Below the pieces are notes generated by a model, which worked only from the letters and a program-made list of their open reading frames with translations, searched no databases and had not been told where the DNA came from. A program made the position numbers and the translations under genes. Below, piece by piece: positions 29,469 to 37,870 of a stretch of DNA of 64,000 nucleotides; within the stretch, counting starts at the first letter, position 1; each line of letters begins with the position of its first letter. This DNA comes from Dehalococcoidia bacterium (GTDB lineage Bacteria; Chloroflexota; Dehalococcoidia; UBA2979). Where the stretch lies: contig OZ219871.1 in NCBI GenBank assembly GCA_964291495.2, forward strand, positions 384,001-448,000. Direction: 5' to 3'.

Positions 29469-30757
29469 CCGACGATGCCCGCCTCGCGTAGCGCGGCGAT
29501 CTCCCCGGCGCTGTAGCCGCCGAGGTTCGCGAGCACGTCATCGCTGGCGTCGCCGGGGAGCGGCGCCGCGCCCCCGATCGAGGTCGGCGTGCGCTCGAGG
29601 TCGAACATCGGGCCGACGAAGCGCTGCGGGCCGGTGATCTCGTGCTCCAGCTCGACGAAGTGCCGCGCGCCTTCCTCGTGGTCCGGGACGTCCTCCGGGA
29701 AGAGCACGGGCGCGACCGGCGCGCCGACCGCGTCGAAGCGCTCCATCCACTCCGCGACCGTCCGTTGGCGCACGATCTCCGCGACCCGCACCTGCAGGGC
29801 CTCGACGATGTCGGCGCTCTCCTCGGCGAACTGGTTGTAGTCGGGGTCGTCCGTCGGGTCGCCCTCGATGCCGAGCACGCCGCGGATCGCGTCGCGGTTC
29901 TCCTTCGTGACCGCGCCCATCACGAGGCCACCGTCGGACGCCGAGTAGCCGCGCCAGTAGGTGGTGAGCGGCGCGCCGGAGCGGAACGACCCCTCGCGCG
30001 TCTCGATGAGCCCGCGGTAATCGGCGCCGGCGGCGCGCGCGCGCCCGAGCTCGGCGAGCATCGGGTCGCGGCCATAGGCGTCGTGCCCGGGCTCGACGTT
30101 GACGTAGTAGCAGAGCATCCCCAGCACTGAGCGCAGCAGCGAGACCGAGACGCGCTGGCCCTCGCCGGTGCGCTCGCGGTGGTAGAGCGCCGAGATCAGC
30201 GCGATCGCCGCCGAGAGCCCCGCCGGGAAGTCCGCGATCACGACCGGCGGCCAGACCGGCGCGCCGTCGTCGGTGAGTTTGGCGTTGAGGGCGATGCTGC
30301 CTGAGTAGGCCTGCGCGATCATGTCGGCGGCGGGCTTCTGCTCGTACGGACCGCCCGGGTCGAAGCCGCTGACCTCGGCGTAGATCAGGTCCGGCCGGAC
30401 CTCCTTCAGCGTCTCGTAGTCGATGCCGAGCCGCTCCGCCACGCCCGGGCGGTAGTTGATCAGCACCACGTCGAACTCGGGGAGCAGCCGGTAGACCACC
30501 TCGCGCGCCTCGGGCTTGCGCAGGTCCAGCTCGAGGCTGCGCTTACCGCGGTTGACGGACTGGAAGATCTTCGCGTTCTGCGGCACGGCGGCGAAGAGGT
30601 TGCGGAACGGCTCGCCGCCCGGCGGCTCGACCTTGACCACGTCCGCCCCGAGGTCGGCGAGCTGCAATCCGGCGAACGGCGCCGAGAAGATCAGCGAGAA
30701 CTCAAGCACCCGCACCCCGTGCAGCGGGCCCCGCGGGCCCTCGGCGGTCTCGCTCAT
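29465..30757 (-). CDS. CoA-transferase family III (CaiB/BaiF)
   Basis: LADLGADVVKVEPPGG, NRGKRS, NYRPG, IADFPAG. Confidence 0.9.
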   Translation of the reverse strand: MSETAEGPRGPLHGVRVLEFSLIFSAPFAGLQLADLGADVVKVEPPGGEPFRNLFAAVPQNAKIFQSVNRGKRSLELDLRKPEAREVVYRLLPEFDVVLINYRPGVAERLGIDYETLKEVRPDLIYAEVSGFDPGGPYEQKPAADMIAQAYSGSIALNAKLTDDGAPVWPPVVIADFPAGLSAAIALISALYHRERTGEGQRVSVSLLRSVLGMLCYYVNVEPGHDAYGRDPMLAELGRARAAGADYRGLIETREGSFRSGAPLTTYWRGYSASDGGLVMGAVTKENRDAIRGVLGIEGDPTDDPDYNQFAEESADIVEALQVRVAEIVRQRTVAEWMERFDAVGAPVAPVLFPEDVPDHEEGARHFVELEHEITGPQRFVGPMFDLERTPTSIGGAAPLPGDASDDVLANLGGYSAGEIAALREAGIVG

Positions 30758-30868
30758 CGTCCCCTCCCGTCGCGCGCATCGATCGAGGCTCCGGCCCGGC
30801 GGAGGCGCGGACTCCGCCGTCCTGTATACCACCCGCGGCGGGTCGGATCGGCCTCGTGGCGAGGGCCG

Positions 30869-30897
30869 GGAACCAAAGCGGGGCGTGCGTCGTCATA
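30869..30897 (+). promoter_or_regulatory. ECF-sigma-type promoter
   Basis: GGAAC-N17-CGTCATA. Confidence 0.5.
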
Positions 30898-30900
30898 GGA

Positions 30901-31015
30901 GTGTCGCGCCCGTCCGTCCGAGGTGGACGAACCGCCGCGACGGACGGGGCAGCGGCAAGACGCGGTCCCTCCTCCCGCGACGCGGAAGCCGGCGGGGGCT
31001 CGGCCCCCCGCCAAC
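30901..31015 (+). ncRNA. Candidate three-hairpin sRNA or structured 5' leader with CCUCCUCCC loop
   Basis: Stems 30909-18/30939-48 (10 bp perfect), 30961-65/30975-79 with loop TCCCTCCTC, 30991-98/31005-12. Confidence 0.4.
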
Positions 31016-31098
31016 AGTGAGCGAGTCCTCGCCGGCCAACGCGTAGCCCCGATGCCGATCCGCTAGTCTGGCCTCCCCCGAAGCGAGAGGGCAGGCGC

Positions 31099-32199
31099 AT
31101 GAGTCGAGGGCGCACCGCGCTGGCGAGGACCGCACGAGCCGCGGCGCTCCTCGCGATCCTCGTCGCCGCGCTGACCCTCGGCCCTCGCGGCGCGCAGGCG
31201 CAGACCGAGGGCGGCTCGGTCGCCTCGGACCGCGAGGCGCTGATCGCGCTCTACCATGCGACCGACGGGCCCAACTGGATAGACAGCACCAACTGGTTGA
31301 GCGACGCGCCGCTCGGCGAGTGGTACCGCGTCATCACCAACGAGGACGGGCGGGTGGTGAGACTCGGCCTGGACAGCAACCGACTAAGCGGTGAGATACC
31401 GCCCGAACTCGGCGACCTCACCAATCTCGAAGAACTGTATCTCTGGAGCAACAATCTGATCGGGGAGATCCCGCACGAATTGGGTAACCTCTCCAATCTG
31501 ATTCATTTGGATCTCACCCGCAATCAGTTGAGCGGAGCGATCCCGCCTCAGCTCGGCAAACTCGCGAACATGAGGTGGGTGTCCCTCGCGGACAACCGGC
31601 TCTCCGGAGAGATTCCGCGAGAGCTGGGGAGCCTCGCCAATTTGCAGAGATTGCCTCTCAGCAGCAATGAGTTGACCGGAGAGATCCCGCCGGAACTGGG
31701 GAACCTGGGCAAGCTGAAGTGGTTGTCGCTCTCAGACAATCAGCTGACCGGAGAGATTCCGCGCAAACTCGGTCAGCTTGCCAATCTCGAGTATCTGTAC
31801 CTCACCAACAACAGTCTGACGGGTGAGATCCCGCGTGAATTGGGTGGCCTCGCCAAGCTGAGAGAACTGAGGCTCGCGCGCAACAGGTTGGTCGGGGAGA
31901 TCCCGCGTGAACTGGGCAATCTCGAGAACCTGGAGCTGTTGTACGTCACTGGCAACAATCTGACCGGGTGCATTCCGCCTGGTCTGCAATCCGTGGAGTA
32001 CAGCGATTTGCTTGGCTCCGGCCTACGGTCTTGCGAGACGACGCTCGAACTCCCGAAGCCCGGCAACGCTGGGCTGCTGCCCCCGCCACCACAGCCCGCC
32101 GGCGCCCTCCCGCAACTCGCACTCCTCGCGCTGCTGGTCGCAGCCTGCGCCGGCGTCCGCCGCGCCGTCCGAGGCGCCGCCGGCGCTCCGCCGCCGTAG
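31099..32199 (+). CDS. Secreted leucine-rich repeat protein (plant-type 24-aa LRRs) with C-terminal anchor
   Basis: Signal peptide (AQA), N-cap DREALIALYHATDGPNW, 8 full + 1 partial LxLxxNxLxGEIPxELGxL repeats, LPKPG + hydrophobic helix + RR. Confidence 0.92.
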   Translation: MSRGRTALARTARAAALLAILVAALTLGPRGAQAQTEGGSVASDREALIALYHATDGPNWIDSTNWLSDAPLGEWYRVITNEDGRVVRLGLDSNRLSGEIPPELGDLTNLEELYLWSNNLIGEIPHELGNLSNLIHLDLTRNQLSGAIPPQLGKLANMRWVSLADNRLSGEIPRELGSLANLQRLPLSSNELTGEIPPELGNLGKLKWLSLSDNQLTGEIPRKLGQLANLEYLYLTNNSLTGEIPRELGGLAKLRELRLARNRLVGEIPRELGNLENLELLYVTGNNLTGCIPPGLQSVEYSDLLGSGLRSCETTLELPKPGNAGLLPPPPQPAGALPQLALLALLVAACAGVRRAVRGAAGAPPP

Positions 32200-32292
32200 T
32201 CAGCCCCGCGCACCGCTGCTAGCCTCCGCCACGCGCGAGGCGGCCCCGCGAGCGGCCGCCCTCGCCAGCTCGCGACGCGAAGGAGGCGCATC

Positions 32293-33228
32293 ATCACCAT
32301 CGCAACCGAAACCACCACCCCCGACGAGCTGCAGGCGATCTTCGACGCGGTCTCCAACTGGGGCCGCTGGGGCCCCGAGGACGAGCGAGGCGCGCTCAAC
32401 CTGATCACCGCCGAGAAGCGCGCCGCCGCGACCTCCCTCGTGCAGGAGGGCGTCACCGTCAGCTGCGCGCTGGAGCTCGCGAAGCACCCGCACGCCGACA
32501 ACCCGACGCCCGTGCGGCACACGATGCTCGTCGCCGGCGACATCACCCGGCCTCAGAACCTGCAAGGGTCGAGCGACTACTTCTCGATCGCGCCGCACGG
32601 CGTCGCGAACACGCACCTCGACGCGCTGTGCCACATCTTTCGCGACGGCAAGATGTACAACGGCTTCGACCAGGCCGAGGTCACCAGCGTGGGCGCGCGG
32701 CGCAACAGCATCATGGCCGGCCGGGACGGCGTCGTCAGCCGCGGCGTGCTGCTCGACATCCCCGCCCTGCACGGCGTGCCCTACCTCGAACTCGGCACGC
32801 GCATCACCGTCGAGGACCTCGAGGCCGCCGAGGCGCGCCAGGGCGTGACCGTCTCCGAGGGCGACATCCTGCTGATCTGCATCGGACGCGACGCCCGCCG
32901 CGAGGAGCACGGCTACTGGACGTCCGGCATCGACGGCATCGCCGGGCTCTCGGTGACGTGCGCGCCCTGGATTCGCGACCGCGGCGTCGCCGTCGTCGGC
33001 TGCGACGGGATCACGGACGCGATGCCGCACCAGATCGAGGGCTGGGACACGCCGATGCACCAGGTGCTGATCGTCTCGATGGGCATCCACCTGATCGACA
33101 ACATGCAGCTCGGCCGCCTCGCCGCGGCCTGCGAGGAGCGGGGCCGCTGGGAGTTCCTGCTCACCCTCGCCCCGTTACGCCTCGACCAAGGCACCGCCTC
33201 CCCCGTCAACCCGATCGCGATGTTCTAG
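32293..33228 (+). CDS. Cyclase family (kynurenine formamidase-like) protein, apparent ATC start
   Basis: SNWGRWGPEDERGALN lies upstream of the first GTG (32440); HG..THLDALCH, RGVLLD, SPVNPIA; SD AAGGAGG at 32280-86. Confidence 0.85.
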   Translation: MTIATETTTPDELQAIFDAVSNWGRWGPEDERGALNLITAEKRAAATSLVQEGVTVSCALELAKHPHADNPTPVRHTMLVAGDITRPQNLQGSSDYFSIAPHGVANTHLDALCHIFRDGKMYNGFDQAEVTSVGARRNSIMAGRDGVVSRGVLLDIPALHGVPYLELGTRITVEDLEAAEARQGVTVSEGDILLICIGRDARREEHGYWTSGIDGIAGLSVTCAPWIRDRGVAVVGCDGITDAMPHQIEGWDTPMHQVLIVSMGIHLIDNMQLGRLAAACEERGRWEFLLTLAPLRLDQGTASPVNPIAMF

Positions 33229-33264
33229 CCGTAGCTGGAGCGTTTCCGCTCCCTCTCCCCTGGA

Positions 33265-33476
33265 GAGACCTTCGCGTAACCCCCTTCGGGGCAGCGAGCG
33301 CATCCCCTCCGATCCCCTCTCCCCGAGGGAGAGGGTTAGGGTGAGGGAGGATCCGCCCGCTGAGTTTCGTTGCGCCATCGGGGCTTTCGAAGGGGCGCGG
33401 GAGTCCTCCCCTTACCCCCGCCCTCTCCCCAGGGAGAGGGGGCCGGATCAGGCTTGTGGGAGTTCGCAGAGGCCTC
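33265..33476. mobile_element. MITE-like element with REP-type doublet, copy 2
   Basis: Ends GAGACCTTCGCGTAACCC ... GGGAGTTCGCAGAGGCCTC are imperfect inverted repeats; internal hairpin doublet. Confidence 0.8.
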
Positions 33477-33511
33477 GCGGGGAGAGGGGACCGGAGGGTA
33501 CCCTCCCGCCC

Positions 33512-34726
33512 CTACCCCCGCGGCAGGCCGAGGCCGCGCGTGGCGATGATGTTGCGCTGGATCTCGGAGGTGCCCGCGCCGATCGTGTGCGGGATCGTCG
33601 TCAGGTAGCGCTGCGTGAAGTCGGCGCGCGCCGGCGAGCGCTCGTCCTCCGGATCCCAGAGGTTCGAGTAGAGCCCGAACGCGCGCATGCCCGTGCGCGA
33701 GATCGCCTGCAGCGTCTCGCTGATACGCAGCTTGCCCATCGAGGCCTCGTAGTTCGGGATCAGCCCCACGGCCTGCATCGAGATCACGCGCAGCGAGAAG
33801 TTCTCGCAGACCGCCGTGTCGATCGCGCGGTCGGCGATCTCGGCGCGGACGGTCGGCAGGCCGCGCACCGAGCCCGGCGCGCGGGGCTCTTGCACCTCGC
33901 CGAGCAGCTGGTTGAACTGGCGGCGCACGTTCGTCGCCTGGCGCACGCCGGAGCGCTCGAAGTCGAGCAGCGTCATGGCGACGTACCAGCCGCGGTTGAC
34001 GTCGCCCACGACGTTGGTGGCGGGGACGCGCACGTCCTCGAAGAAGACCTCGTTGAAGCCGTGCTCCCAGGCCATGTTGACGAGCGGGCGGACGCTGACG
34101 CCCTCGGCGGTCATGTCGTCGATCAGCAGGAAGCTGATCCCGCGGTGCTTGGGCGCGTCCGGGTCCGTGCGCACCATCGCGAAGATCGCGTCCGCGTGGT
34201 GGCCGTTCGTGGTCCAGATCTTCTGCCCGTTCACCACGTACTCGTCGCCGTCGAGGACGGCGCGCGTCTGCACCGAGGCGAGGTCGGAGCCCGCGCCCGG
34301 CTCCGAGTAGCCCTGGCACCAGACCATCTCGCCGCCGAGGATGCGCGGCAGGTAGGCGCTCTTCTGCGCGTCGCTGCCATGCACGACGAGCGTGGGCGTC
34401 AGCATCTCGACGGAGTGCGAGCTGCCGACGACTGGCGCGCTGACGCGCGCCATCTCCTGGTTGTAGATGAACTGCTCCCACTTGGAGAGGCCGCCCCCGC
34501 CGTACTCGGTAGGAATGTGCGGGGCGACCCAGCCGCGCTCGCCGAGGGCCAGCGCCCACTCGCGGGCGGCCTCGCGGCGCTCCGGCTCAGGCGCCTTGCG
34601 GTCGGCGACCCACTCGTCGGGCGCGCCGGGCGGGCGATCGCGGTAGTGCCTCGGAAGGCGCGCTTCGATGAAGCCGCGCACCTCGCTCCGGAACGCGGCC
34701 TGCTCGGGGCTGTCTTGCCACTCCAT
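33512..34726 (-). CDS. Acyl-CoA dehydrogenase
   Basis: WCQGYSEPGAGSDLAS, NGQKIWT, FNEVFFEDVRVP, TIGAGTSEIQRNIIA. Confidence 0.95.
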   Translation of the reverse strand: MEWQDSPEQAAFRSEVRGFIEARLPRHYRDRPPGAPDEWVADRKAPEPERREAAREWALALGERGWVAPHIPTEYGGGGLSKWEQFIYNQEMARVSAPVVGSSHSVEMLTPTLVVHGSDAQKSAYLPRILGGEMVWCQGYSEPGAGSDLASVQTRAVLDGDEYVVNGQKIWTTNGHHADAIFAMVRTDPDAPKHRGISFLLIDDMTAEGVSVRPLVNMAWEHGFNEVFFEDVRVPATNVVGDVNRGWYVAMTLLDFERSGVRQATNVRRQFNQLLGEVQEPRAPGSVRGLPTVRAEIADRAIDTAVCENFSLRVISMQAVGLIPNYEASMGKLRISETLQAISRTGMRAFGLYSNLWDPEDERSPARADFTQRYLTTIPHTIGAGTSEIQRNIIATRGLGLPRG

Positions 34727-34782
34727 GGACGTCCTCCTGCGCGGCTAGGGTAGCCGAAACGCGCGAGGGCCGACGCGCCCCT

Positions 34783-35649
34783 TCAGGCGTGAGGCTCGGG
34801 AGTCGCGACCGGCTCCCAGGCGTAGCCCGTCTCGACCCGCCGGACCCGCCCGAGCGTAGGGATGCCGAAGTGGCCGCCCGTCACGAGGGCGTCCCGCGCG
34901 ATCGCCAGCTCGGCGACCTTGCGGCGCGACCGCTCGGCCTCGGCGGGGTCGTGCTCGAGGAAGGTGCGCCACTCCGGCCGCACGACGTGGGCCGGGTGGT
35001 AGGCGACGTCGCCCGTGATCAGCAGGCGCTCGCCACCCGAGGAGAGGAGCAGCGAGCAGTGGCCGGGCGTGTGGCCGGGCGTCGGCACCATCGTCAGCGA
35101 GGGCGAGACTGTCGCCTCACCGTCGACGGGCTCGATGCGATCGGCCTCGTGCGCGGGCAGCACACAGCGCCGCACGAACTCGAGGCGCTGCGGGTCCGCC
35201 TCGGGGCCGAGCCAGTGGTCGAGCTCGGTCCGCGAGACATAGACCGTGGCGTTGGGGAAGGTGAGCGCGTTGTCGCGGTCCTCGTCGATCAGCCAGCCGA
35301 CGTGGTCCGGGTGCAAGTGCGTCTGCACGACGGCGTCGATTTCCTCGAGGGCGACGCCCAGCTCGGCGATGCGCTCGAGCAGCTCGCCGCAGCCCGGTGT
35401 GCCGAGCGTGCGCCCGAAGACGCCGTAGCCGGCGTCGACGAGCGTGGTGCGGCCGTCGCCGCGGATCAGGAAGCTGCCGAGGTTGAACGGGACCGGGTCG
35501 CTCGGGCTCGTGATCCCGACCTCGCGCATCCACTCGGCCGGGTCGGTGCCCGGGAGGTGCCGCTGGAAGTCTGTGACGTCGGGCGCGCTGTCGCTGATCG
35601 CGGCGACCTCGAGCGAGCCGATGCGAACGGTCTCGCTGAGCCTCGACAT
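34783..35649 (-). CDS. MBL-fold metallo-hydrolase
   Basis: THLHPDHVG, TPGHTPGH, GD, GGHF. Confidence 0.9.
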   Translation of the reverse strand: MSRLSETVRIGSLEVAAISDSAPDVTDFQRHLPGTDPAEWMREVGITSPSDPVPFNLGSFLIRGDGRTTLVDAGYGVFGRTLGTPGCGELLERIAELGVALEEIDAVVQTHLHPDHVGWLIDEDRDNALTFPNATVYVSRTELDHWLGPEADPQRLEFVRRCVLPAHEADRIEPVDGEATVSPSLTMVPTPGHTPGHCSLLLSSGGERLLITGDVAYHPAHVVRPEWRTFLEHDPAEAERSRRKVAELAIARDALVTGGHFGIPTLGRVRRVETGYAWEPVATPEPHA

Positions 35650-35660
35650 GGGCGGGCGCG

Positions 35661-36491
35661 CTACCCCAGCTCGGCGGCGATGCGCTCGCCCGCCTCGAAG
35701 TCGTCGAGGATCTGCTGGTAGTAGGCCTCGACGGTGGGACGGGTGTGCGGGTGGCTGAAGATGTAGAGCCGGTTCTCGCGCACTGCGGCGAGCACGCGCC
35801 TCGCGACGTCGTCCACGGTCATCGGGTTGGGTTCGCGGGGTACGGGCCGCGGCTGCTCCGGGTAGGGGCCGCCGAAGCGCTCCTGCCGGTTGCGGCCGGA
35901 GTCGCGCATGTTCGTGAGCATCCCGCCCGGGCACCAGCAGGAGACGACGATGCCCTCGGGAGCCAGCTCGTCGTGGAGCACGGCGCTTACGCCGACGAGG
36001 CCGTGCTTGATCGAGGTGTAGATGCCGTTCACGTTCGGCCGCGCCACGAGGCCGGAGACCGAGGCGGTGTTGATGATGTGCCCCGGCCCCTCCTGCTCGC
36101 GCATGCGCGGCACGAAGGCGTAGATGCCGTACATCGGCCCCATCAGGTCGACCGAGGTGAGCCAGTCCCAGTCCTCGTCGGGGGCCTCGGCGATCGGGTT
36201 GCGCTTGCTGACGCCGGCGTTGTTGAAGAGCAGGTTGACCTCGCCGAACTCCTCATAGGCGCGGGCCGCGAGGGCCTCGACGGCGGCGCGGTCGCTCACG
36301 TCGGTCTGCACGGCGATCGAGGCCGCCCCCGCCTCGCGCACCTCGGCAGCCACTTCCCCCGCTGGCCCGGCCTCGATATCGGCGATGACGACGCCACGCG
36401 CCCCCTGGCGCGCGCACTCGAGGGCAATGGCGCGGCCGACGCCGCTGCCCCCGCCGGTGATCACGGCGACGCTGCTAGCGATGTCGGTCAT
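35661..36491 (-). CDS. SDR family oxidoreductase (paralogue of 26793-27626)
   Basis: TGGGSGVG, NNAG, NTAS, YTSIK; shared CPGGMLT, QERFGGP, YIFSHPHTR. Confidence 0.9.
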   Translation of the reverse strand: MTDIASSVAVITGGGSGVGRAIALECARQGARGVVIADIEAGPAGEVAAEVREAGAASIAVQTDVSDRAAVEALAARAYEEFGEVNLLFNNAGVSKRNPIAEAPDEDWDWLTSVDLMGPMYGIYAFVPRMREQEGPGHIINTASVSGLVARPNVNGIYTSIKHGLVGVSAVLHDELAPEGIVVSCWCPGGMLTNMRDSGRNRQERFGGPYPEQPRPVPREPNPMTVDDVARRVLAAVRENRLYIFSHPHTRPTVEAYYQQILDDFEAGERIAAELG

Positions 36492-37858
36492 CCTGCGATC
36501 CCTTCCGCCACCGCCCCGGCGGCGATCTCCCGTCCGTCCCACTGATACTTACCCAAGTCGACGCGGCCGTCGTCGCTGACAAGCACGCCCTCCTCGCGGA
36601 GACGCTCGCCCTGATCGCCTCGCGAGTCCGGAGCGCTCAGCTGTCCCTCCGCGTTGATCACGCGGTGCCACGGCACGTCGGTGTCGTCGGGAAGGGCGAG
36701 CATGGCGCCTCCGACCGCCTGTGCCGCATCCGGCGATTCCAGGGCGTCGGCGATCCGCGCGTAGGTCACGACCTGGCCCTTAGGCACTCTCCGGACGTAC
36801 GCCCACACCCGCTCCCAGAAGTTCCCGCTCGGCGACGCGGGATTCCAGTGCTCCAGCGCAGTCTTGACGAACCGCACGAGCCCGGCTCGCCGCTCGCCCC
36901 ACTCCTCCGCGTTGTTGATCCAGAGGGCGTAATCCCTACCATTGTCTTCCGCGCGCCATCTGCACTGGACTGCCTCGGTCCTGAGCGAGTCGAGCGCGTC
37001 CGGGCTGTAGTACGACTCCGGGTACCACCTGACCACCAACCCCGCCTTCTCTTCGACCCAGAGGTGACAGAAGCGACGACGGCCGTTGCCCGCGCGCAAG
37101 CTATAGCTGATTCCCCAGGATCCGTGATTCTGCGCGGAGTCGGGGAGGGATGTCCGTAGCGCCTTGTCAACGTCCTCGAAGAGTTCGGCCAATCCTCGCT
37201 CGACCAGTCTCTCCTGGAGCTCAAGGCGGCGCTCGGCGGCGCTCCGGTAGGTCCGCCGCCCGGTGCGCGCGACCGCGTCCCGTTCGACTTCCACCTGACG
37301 GGCGAGCAATGTCTCGCCGCTGTGCTCGAAGCCGTGGAAGGTGAGCACCGAAATGTCGATGCCGCCCTTTGAGAGGAACCTCGCCATCCGTTCCGCTCGC
37401 TCGTCGGCACCGAGCCCCACAAGCGTGAGTCGCGGCGGCAGGAGGTCGTCGAGTTCGTTTTCGGCGAATCGATCCTGGTACCACTGCTCGAAGCCATCGA
37501 TCTTCTCGATGCCCTCGCTCCCGGAGTGCTCGGTGATGAACTCTGCCAGCTCCTTTGGCGTCATCTCGTCCAGCGCCGAGGCGTAGTCGATGCACTGCGT
37601 CACGGCTTCGCGGGTCAGCTTCTCCCGCTTCAACTCGAACACGACCAGCCGCCCGCCCTGATCGACGCCGAGCAGGTCCAGCGGGCCGCCTTCTGTTGGC
37701 GTCTGTCGCCCGACAAGATGAAGCCCGTTCTCCAGCATCTCGGGGCGGCTGACCAAGGTCGCTTCGAGAATGTCCTCGAGCTTCACGCCCGTCACGCTCT
37801 CAACGGCCTCGACTTCGTTGCCGTCGCGCAGGGCCCAGATCTTGAGTTCATCCGTCAT
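36488..37858 (-). CDS. NucS-like PD-(D/E)xK endonuclease fused to alkyltransferase-like (ATL) domain
   Basis: N-term LE..L...VGRQ..TEGGPLDLLGVD..G.LVVFELK...Q.IDY; C-term VP.GQVVTY..IA..L..P.AAQAVG.AM...VPWHRVIN..G...Q..RL..EG. Confidence 0.85.
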   Translation of the reverse strand: MTDELKIWALRDGNEVEAVESVTGVKLEDILEATLVSRPEMLENGLHLVGRQTPTEGGPLDLLGVDQGGRLVVFELKREKLTREAVTQCIDYASALDEMTPKELAEFITEHSGSEGIEKIDGFEQWYQDRFAENELDDLLPPRLTLVGLGADERAERMARFLSKGGIDISVLTFHGFEHSGETLLARQVEVERDAVARTGRRTYRSAAERRLELQERLVERGLAELFEDVDKALRTSLPDSAQNHGSWGISYSLRAGNGRRRFCHLWVEEKAGLVVRWYPESYYSPDALDSLRTEAVQCRWRAEDNGRDYALWINNAEEWGERRAGLVRFVKTALEHWNPASPSGNFWERVWAYVRRVPKGQVVTYARIADALESPDAAQAVGGAMLALPDDTDVPWHRVINAEGQLSAPDSRGDQGERLREEGVLVSDDGRVDLGKYQWDGREIAAGAVAEGIAG

Positions 37859-37870
37859 CTCTTCGCCCCA

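Noticed and set aside
31360-31980. 72-nt periodic repeats resembling a CRISPR array
   Set aside because: They are degenerate in-frame LRR coding repeats. No identical direct repeats and no cas genes.
32197-32292. LRR TAG stop is in frame with the cyclase ORF (read-through fusion?)
   Set aside because: The LRR protein ends in a normal anchor tail, the cyclase has its own strong SD, and the linker is low-information sequence.
36488-36829. Calling the C-terminal domain an active Ogt/Ada methyltransferase
   Set aside because: The acceptor Cys is replaced by Trp (PWHRV), so it cannot transfer alkyl groups.
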